Origin: Geosiphon pyriformis uo1
Lineage: Eukaryota > Fungi > Glomeromycota
DNA: 64,000 nucleotides
Assembly (NCBI GenBank): GCA_016748015.1
Contig: JAAOMT010000436.1
Span: 816,033-880,032, forward strand
Reading direction: 5' to 3'
Shown: in pieces, positions 55,516-64,000 of the stretch
Layout: every line of letters starts with the position of its first letter
How positions within the stretch are numbered: position 1 is the stretch's first letter
Notes under the pieces: model-generated
The model's database searches: none
Told to the model about the DNA's origin: nothing
The model's input: only the letters and a program-made list of their open reading frames with translations
Position numbers and translations under genes: made by a program

Positions 55516-58500
55516 AATGATTCACAGTTTCAGTAAGCATAGCTCTTAATGAACAAAGTGAATCTCATCAGATTCTATGACTTCCACAACCAATTACTAT
55601 TTTACCCTTTAGGGAACATCCGGAAATCTATATCTGCCCAAAGCCAACAATCACACAACAAATTTTGAATCCAACAAACAAGTCTGCTTGGAACATAATA
55701 TCTCAATCCCAAACATTTATATTCCAGAAGAAACGAAGAAAGTCTGAGTTATCTTTTACAATCCCAACAATTATCCCATAATTCTATTAAATAACTTAGA
55801 AATTGGAGTCATTCACAGTAACATCTTTCAACAAAAACTACCTCAAACAGTTCTCAATTTCTTGGAAATCATTAAACATTTACTACCAAAAATCAACCCA
55901 AATCCCAGTTCTGAAAACTACCATGTTGTCATAGAAAAACTATCTCAAATCAACATAGGACAACTTGAACCACAACAACAGAACCAGCTTAAAGAACTAA
56001 TTGCAGAATTTGCCAATATCTTTGCCAAAAACAACAATAACTTAGGAAGAACCAATTTGGTTTAACACTAAATCTATACAGAAGATGCCAAACCAAGGCA
56101 ACAACAAGCCTACTGAGTTGCTCCAGAAAGTCACCAATTTATCCGAGAAGAAGTACAATGGATGCTTAACAATGGGCTTATTCAATCATCAATGAGTCCA
56201 TGGGCCTCACCTGTGGTCCTAGTTAAGAAGAAAAATAGAAAGATATGATTTTGTGTTGATTATCGACAACTTAACAATATCATCATTGAAGATGCCTACT
56301 CTCTTCCCCAAATCGATGACATGTTAGATCCTTGGAAAATCCAAATACTTTTTAACACTAGATCTAGAAAGCAAATACTGGCAAGTTGTCATGAATCCCA
56401 AAGATCATCCCAAAACAGCTTTCACAACCTAAGGAAGAAATTACGAATTCAATGTAATGCCTTTCAGATTATGCAATGTACCAGCAACATTCTAAAGACT
56501 CATGGATGTTGTTTACAAAGGCCTCCTTTGGAAATCAGTAGTTGTCTATCTCAATGATACTAATGTTTATTCCTCATCTTTTGAATTACACTTAATACAC
56601 CTGCAAGAAGTTTTTCAATGATTATGGAAAACAAGATTGAAACTGAACATCAAAAAATGCTACTTTGGAAAAATGAGTTTGGTCTTTTTTGGCCACATTG
56701 TGAGCAAAGATGGAATTAAACCAGACCCTAGAAAAATCAGTACTGTCAAAAACTTTAAAACTCCTCGAAACACTACAGAATTAAGAAAATTCATAGGGTT
56801 AGCCTCCTACTATCTAAAGTTTATCAAAGAATTCTCAGAAATTGCAAAACCTCTCAACCAGCTTACTACCAAAAACATTAAATACAAATAGACTGCTAAA
56901 TACCAAAATGCATTTGAAATCTTCAAAGAAAAACTAACAACAGCTCCAATTTTCGCCTACTCAGATTTCAGCAACTGATTCCAATTAGCAACAAATGCCT
57001 CTTATACTGCCTTTGGCACTATCCTATCATAATTGGATGACAACAGAAATGAGTGAGTAATCGCTTATACTAGCAGAACATTGAAACCAGCCGAGAAAAA
57101 TTACCCTGTCACAGAACTAGAAACAACAGCCATAATTTGGGCCCTATACCACTTCAACTTTTATCTCAGACCTAAAAAATTTGATATTATCACTGATAAT
57201 ATTGAACTCAAATGGTTACAAAACAAAAACACCCAACCCAATGCAAAACAAACCTGATGAATAGAATTTCTAGCAAACTATTGATATATAGTACACCACA
57301 AACCAGGAAAACTCCACACCAATGTCGACTGTCTTTCAAGAATAAGGCAAGATTAAAAAAGTAAACCAACACTCAATCCAAACAACGGAAACAGCCACCA
57401 AACAATGAATCCTGAAAACTACAACAATATTAAACAATATTTAGAGACTTTAACAATCTCAACAGATTGGTCTTTAGAGAAAAAACATTAATTACAACAA
57501 CAAGCCAAACAATATTTTCTACACAATAACATCATTTATTATTGAAACTTCCAAAATTCAGACAAACCACTCAGATTAATACAAGAATGTGAAAAGGAAA
57601 CTATCTTATACAACATGCACTCGGATCTTTTATCAGCATATTTAGGAAAAAATAGCACCACCCAAAGAACATTAGAACACTACTTTTGGCCTCAAATGAG
57701 AAAAGACATTCATGAATATGTTGAATCTTGTGATAGTTGTCAAAGAAAAAGAGGAACTCGCCCTACAGAACTTTTAAATTTAATCAAAATTGAACAACTT
57801 TTTGACTGAGTTGGTATTGATTTAGTTGGACTATTACTTATTACAAATCAAGAAAACTATTATATCACAGTAGCTGTAGACTATCTTACTAAATGGCCCG
57901 AAGCCAGAGCCATTCAACGAGCAGATGCAAAATCAGTAGCAAATTTTATTTACAAAGACATCATCTGTAGACATGATTGTTCAATCAAACTTTTGTCTAA
58001 CCAAGAAACACATTTTGTGAACAATCTAATCCAAGAAATTTGTGAATGATTTAATGTCAAAAGACCATTGTCTTCACCCTATCATCTATAAACAAATGAT
58101 TTGTAGAACATTTCAATAGGACACTGTATGAATCATTAGCCAAAGTCTCAACCGATTTTGAACAGGAATGAAATATTTTTATTCCATCAGTGTTACTAGC
58201 ATATAGAACACTAAAACAAGATACCACAAAACACACACCATTTGACTTAACCTACAGAAGAACAGCAATATTACCAATTAGTTTCACTGTGGAACCATAT
58301 CTAATGCAACCAATTAACAAAGAAAACTTTTAGGAAATGCTTCAATGAAGAGCCTACACTCTTTTTAGCACATTGGAAGGAAAACAACGAATAGCAGCCA
58401 CCCATATTGAACACTCTCAAGCTCAACAAAAAGAACAGCATGACAACAAATTGCCACCAGTCACCAATAAATTTAAAGTTGGAAACAAAGTTCTCTTACA

Positions 58501-58940
58501 CAGAACTAAAGCTGAAAAACAATGGAATGGAAAATTTGAAAATAAATGAGACAGACCATTCTTTATCCATGAAGTTCTAGACAACGGATCATACAAGTTA
58601 AGACTTGATGACAAAATCCTAGCAAAAGTTGCATATGGAGATTGTCTAAAACACTATCATTCCAGAAACAATTCTGAACCATTAATTCCACAAATTGGTA
58701 CACATTCCCCTTTAATTAAGCCCAAAAATATTCCCCGAAATTTAGAATCAATAGTTGTTATTGAACAACCTCCTAACTTAAACACTTAATTTAAATTTAC
58801 TATAGTTATTCCTTTATAAATTAAAAATAATTTCATAAAAACAAAACAAACAAAACATACTGAAAGACAAAAATAACATAAAAACTCACATACCAAAAAT
58901 AATTTCAATCTATTTTTTTTCTCTTACTCAAAATTTTATA

Positions 58941-59660
58941 ATGACTATTCCTCAAAACATTCAACAATTATCCCAGAAACTAATGTCAGCTTTAAAGACA
59001 ATATTTGAATTATCTATCACTATTACAGAAAAACATATTAATTATACCCAAACAAAAATAGTTGCCAATTTAGCCCCAAATTCACGAAATTATCACCCCT
59101 ACAAAAAAAACACAAGAAGTTATTCTGAAATTCATCTACCAGAACTTTTGAAGCTTGTTTTAAGAGAAAACTTAATGCTCATTCCTATTAGTATTCTACC
59201 AAATGCTACTATTCAACAAAAACTTCAATTGTGTCTTAATGAAGAAAACTATGACTATACTCCAATATATAAATATTTTTACATTGGAAAAACACTTCAC
59301 GAACAAAAATGGGAGCTTACAGCAGCAAATCTCACAAAAGAAGCTATTTGGAAACAACTTCACAACGAATTTAAGACAACAGCTGGACCTACAAACAGTC
59401 ATTATAAACTAAGAGCTGCTCTTAGACTTTATGACCTATTCCACACCTGTGAAAACGTTTTACAAAACCCAATTTTACAACCTTTGAAAATTCAATACAT
59501 TGGAAAGTTCACAGAACTGAAATTTCAACAATTTTCAGACCAAATTTCTTCAATAATTTTGGATTACTATCTGGAAATTACAGATGGTACTTGGACTTCG
59601 ATGGAGCTCAGTCTTGAGGAGGAGGTTATATTACCAGACAAAATTAAAGATATTGCTTAG
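58941..59660 (+). CDS. E3 accessory ORF3, 239 aa, function unknown, overlapping the PPT and ending inside the 3' LTR
   Basis: Open frame with ATG; conserved in E2 and remotely in the 15.8-16.5 kb relic. Confidence 0.75.
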   Translation: MTIPQNIQQLSQKLMSALKTIFELSITITEKHINYTQTKIVANLAPNSRNYHPYKKNTRSYSEIHLPELLKLVLRENLMLIPISILPNATIQQKLQLCLNEENYDYTPIYKYFYIGKTLHEQKWELTAANLTKEAIWKQLHNEFKTTAGPTNSHYKLRAALRLYDLFHTCENVLQNPILQPLKIQYIGKFTELKFQQFSDQISSIILDYYLEITDGTWTSMELSLEEEVILPDKIKDIA

Positions 59661-62600
59661 CATGAAATTACCCTTATAATTCTTATCATTAATTAGCATT
59701 TTAAATTATTACTTATTACATTAGCAAAATATCCGAAATTATCATTTAATTAATAATCCAATTTGTACATAACACAAATGTAACCTAATTGCAATAATCA
59801 ATCATGCAATACCCTGAACTATGTGACATTTAAAAAGTTCGCCAAAATTTGTAGAAATTTGCCAAAATAATTGATAGTTTACTGAAATATTTAATAATTT
59901 ACAGAAATAACTTGTAGTTTGCCGAAATGTATCTCTAGTTCAGCAAAATTAAAAAAAATAGCAAAGTTCAAGTTCATAGAATAGTGTTATGACAAGTTGT
60001 ATAAAAGAAGAGCTTCTTTCTTCAAGAAAATATATCTTACTTCAGATTTTACAATTAGAATCATCCTTTACACACAAAAACGAAATAAATATCAAATAAT
60101 TTATAAAATCAAATCTTTAATTATTTCCCTTTTGAAATTAACCAATTCCTGCTAAACAGTTTTGAAATTGATTAGCTACCAATTTTAGTAAACTGTTAGT
60201 GATTCTAGGCCTGGATAGAAAACGTTTTTCTTGACAAAATTCTATTTCTTTTAAAATTCTTTTATTTTCTTTCTTTTATTTTTTTATTATAATCATTAGG
60301 GTAACCTACAGACGAGATTCCTGTAAAAGAGTTGACTTTCACAGCAAAGTAACTACACATTTTTAGTAAGCTTCTAGATAAGTAATTCCTGGAAAAGAGT
60401 TGACATTTACTACAATGTAACTTTATAAAGTAACTGACATAGAATTGGCCATTCTATTTATAAGCCCAGCAGTTCAAATTATAGGAGATAATTTGAAGAT
60501 AAATTCAGTTATTGGAGGTTCAAACACTTCTCATAATCGTGAATTAACAGCATTACAACAAACATACAAGAGCTAAGAAGAGACCAAAAACCTCTGGTAA
60601 CACTAGAGATTTTTGGTCTCTTTTCTCGAATGTTGTTAATGTTGATTTGCTGTGAATTCATGTTTTCAGGAAGTAGTTGGACCTCCAGTAACTGAATTTA
60701 TCTTCAAATTATCTCCTATAATTTGAACTGTTGGACTTATAAGTGGAATGGCCAATTCCGTGCCAGTTGCTTTATGTAGTTAAGTTGTAGTAAATGTCAA
60801 TTTTTTCTCAGAAATTGCTTGTCTGAAAGCTCACTAAAAATGTGTAGTTATTTTGCTGTAAAAGTCAACTTTTCTACAGAAATCTTGTCTGTAGGCTACC
60901 CTAATAATTGTAATAAGAAAAGAAAAGAAAAATAAAAGAAATGTAAAAGAAATAGGATTTTATTAAGAGAAACGTTTTCTATCCAGGTCTGGAGTTACTA
61001 ACAGTTTACTGAAATTGGTAGCTAATCAATTTCGAAATGTTAGTTGGATTTTGGGGATTTTTCAAGTACAATATTTAAAGAATTTGGTTTTTCAAATTAT
61101 TTGATATTTATTTTTTTTTGTGTGTGTAGGAATAGTTCTAAGTGATAAATCTAAAGTAAGATACATTTTCTCGAAGAGAGAAGCTCTTTTTTTATACAAC
61201 TTGTCATAACACTATTCTATAAACTTGAACTTTGCTATTTTCTACAATTTTATTGAACTAAAGATACATTTCAGCAAACTACAAATTATTTTTGCAAACT
61301 ATTAGATATTTTGGTGAACTATCAATTATTTCTACAAATTTCTACATATTTTGGGGTATTGTATGATTAATCATTGCACTTAGGTTACATTTGTGTTATG
61401 TACAAATTGGGTTATTAATTAAATGATAATTTTGAACATTTTGCTAAATGTAATAAGTAATAATTTAAAACAATAATATATACTAATTAATGGTAAGAAT
61501 TATAAGAGTAATTTCATGCTAAACAATATCTCTAATTTCATCTGGTAATATTGCCAATACCATCAGGATTTTGATCTCTGCCACCTCAACCAGATTTCGG
61601 AACAGCGAGTCCATGAGAAATCACTGAATCAAAAGAAAAACAAGAAAAAGAGGAAGAAGAATCTGAAGATCAAGAATTTATCTACCAGAACTTGAACATG
61701 GAAAACTTGGAAATTGAAACCCTGAACTTTCAAACTCAGCAAAATCCAACTTTAGAAAATCCGGAAATTGAAACTCCAAATATTTAGACACTGCCAACTC
61801 AGGATAATTGAAACCCCAAAACAATCAATCAACAACACTTATCTCCAATAATTGTGATCAATCTATTACCAGCTTCACCAAATGCTGAACAACAACAACA
61901 GCCACAACCACTATCTTAAAAAAATCAGCAGCAATCACAACAACAACCAATGGCTTATGTTCTAATTACCAAAATCAAAAAATTTACCAGTAAAGAGGAC
62001 GACACTCAAGTATGGCTCAATGATATAGAAAAAGCCATCACAGCTAATGGATGGAACAATGACAGAGCCCTTCAAGCAATTTTCTATTTTTTACAAGATA
62101 CTGCCAACTTGTGGTATCAGAGTTTAGCCGTTAAACCTCAAACATTCTAGGAATTCAAAACTGCATTTTTGAGATATTTCAGTAATAATAACAGTATTAA
62201 TCACTTAGCCAACACCTTTATCACAATTAAACAAGAAGAAACTGAAGCAGTTACCACTTACTTGGGACGTTTTTACAGAAATTTATGCCAAATTCAAGCA
62301 ATTCAAGCTGACTATTTTACCATGCCTCAGATTCTAAACCAGTTCATCCATGGGCTACATAGTAGCCTTTTCCAGTGCATATGTTCAATGCACCCATAAA
62401 CTCTCCAAAATGCCATTATGAATGCCAGAGATTTTGAATTAGCAGAACTTGAAGCAAGTCATGCCCAAGCTGTTAATCTAGTGATGAATGGATCATCTGA
62501 ATTGAATTCCAAATTGAAACAATTCAGTAATTCAATTAATCAAAAATTGGAAGGATATTTAGCTGACAATAGTGCAATTTATCAATTACTACAACGATGC

Positions 62601-64000
62601 AATAATTCAGGAAACATAAATCATTTCCAAAATCAGACACATCTATCATTATCTCCAAATCAGTCATGGCAACAAGAGACATGTGTCTGCCATAACTGTG
62701 GTAAATAAGGCCACATTAGAGCTGACTGCCAATTTTATAATAATAACTAATGATCGGGAAATCAATATTGAAACCCTGATTGCCAGTTTCCAATTCCAAG
62801 TTACCAATCCAATCCAGTCCCATATCAACCAACTTACTTGCCAATGATGCAACAGCCAGTATATTAACCACCTGTATATCAATCTCCAGTTTATCAACCA
62901 CAGCCACTGATAATATATCAATCACCACAACCACAAATAATTTATCAGACATCCACAATTCAAACACTGCTATCAAACCCAGCTCAAATAACATCAGAAA
63001 ACCCCAGATCGAGAGTCACCTAAAACTGGAGATCGGCAATGGTTGTTTACTAACCAATTCCCAATTCATCCAACCAGCCATCAGAATCACAACAACAGAG
63101 TTCAGGAACCAGGTATACTCAAAACCCGAGTTCTTAGAACTATTTAAGTCTTTTGGCTATCTTAAAAGACACCTCACCCAACACTCAGGAACCCAAACAG
63201 AAGCAATCACTTACCAATATTCTGTCAGCCACTGTCATGGAAAATGAGTCTCTAGCAGCTATATTTCCTTTCAAAATTGAGGAACTGACAGAAACCCCTT
63301 TGTTCAATAGAGCTGTACTTGAGGAAAAACCTATCATGGCAATATACACAGATGCCAAAATTGATGGTCAGTCTATCAAACTGATCCTAGATAGTGGATC
63401 AGCTGGCAGTATTATCACAAGACAGCTCATAGACCAATTAAGTTACTGAGTTAATTGAACTGCCAGTGCAAGGATAATCACCACTGATCGAGCCACCAAG
63501 ACTCCAATTGGTGAAATAGATAACTTGCCCATAGAAATAAATGGCATCACCATACCAATCAAGATATTAGTTATAGAAGCCACTCAATACCAAGCACTGG
63601 TGGGTAATGATTGGCTGTTCAAAATCAATGCAACACTTGATTGGAACACTCAAGAGCTCCAGCTTAGCCAGAACAGACAACACATACGTGTACCAGCCAT
63701 GTGTGGCCATTTCAAACCTATTACCACGCCATCAGCTTCACTTATTGAATTTAAAGAAAAAAAAGAGAAACCTATTTGGAAAGCATATTAAGTTTCTTGG
63801 GCTGATGAAGACCACAATGAGCTACCACTAATACTTTCTTGGGATGACAAGAGAAAAGGGAAGGAAAACAAAGAACTTACTTGAAATACCAACCAAAACT
63901 GGGAAACTGATAATAACCAAGACAAACCAGCAAACTGGGAGTGGGAAGAAATTGATAAGGAAAAGGGAAAAGAGAAAAAAGAAGAAACCAATCTCATCAG

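Larger units (their letters stand above)
50723..60602 (+). mobile_element. Full-length Ty3/Gypsy element E3: LTRs 50723-51695 and 59629-60602, PBS ~51698, PPT ~59616-59625, TSD CTAG
   Basis: ctag|tgttaccagacg ... tctggtaaca|ctag; gag from 51741, PR ~53815, dUTPase ~55120-55515, RT ~56060-56700, RNase H, INT ~57600-58300; multiple nonsense codons. Confidence 0.95.
41801..61550 (-). mobile_element. Ty3/Gypsy element E2 (minus): 3' LTR 41801-42780, internal 42781-50713, 5' LTR split into 50714-50722 and 60607-61550 by E3
   Basis: LTR ends TGTTACCAGA/TCTGGTAACA; PBS (gagcacca at 50704-50711); PPT next to 42781; gag-PR-dUTPase-RT-RH-INT order with many stops. Confidence 0.93.
40311..64000 (+). 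mobile_element. Ty3/Gypsy LTR retrotransposon E1: 5' LTR 40311-41162, PBS, gag split by the E2/E3 insertion, resuming at 61555 (gag, zinc knuckle, protease); runs off the window
   Basis: TGTTAC...GTAACA then tttggtgctc; reading KSRS|PIPSGF restored across TSD TCGC (41797-41800)/TTGC (61551-61554); CHNCGK*GHIRADC; LILDSGSAGSII. Confidence 0.88.

Noticed and set aside
58941-59660. ORF3 as a retroviral env
   Set aside because: No signal peptide, furin site or transmembrane anchor visible.

Overview
This is AT-rich eukaryotic (fungal) DNA with short introns. Gene and transposon style suggest an early-diverging Glomeromycotina/Mucoromycota fungus, Geosiphon-like (inference only). CpG-retaining gene islands alternate with CpG-depleted, C>T/G>A-eroded transposon blocks. 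Genes: two tandem small secreted-peptide genes with hypervariable mature regions, vezatin-like, mitochondrial glycerol-3-phosphate dehydrogenase (GUT2) with an EF-hand tail, Mgr2/Romo1, DNA ligase IV head-to-head with an ENPP/NPP1 phosphodiesterase, and a PD-(D/E)xK-like gene whose first (GC-AG) intron is filled by a 65/130-bp structured tandem array. Positions 38.5-64 kb are a four-level nest: LINE < Ty3/Gypsy E1 < Ty3/Gypsy E2 (minus) < same-family E3 (plus). E2 and E3 form a ~20-kb quasi-palindrome and carry a Cys-rich domain, a dUTPase and an extra 239-aa ORF3 downstream of pol. Best candidates for new biology: a RIP-like transition hypermutation of repeats not limited to CpG, the nuclease-fold gene with its intronic hairpin array, the hypervariable secreted peptide family with a conserved C-terminal GG-I-x-GGHK motif, and the Gypsy ORF3. 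All coordinates and counts were read by eye and may be a few bases off.
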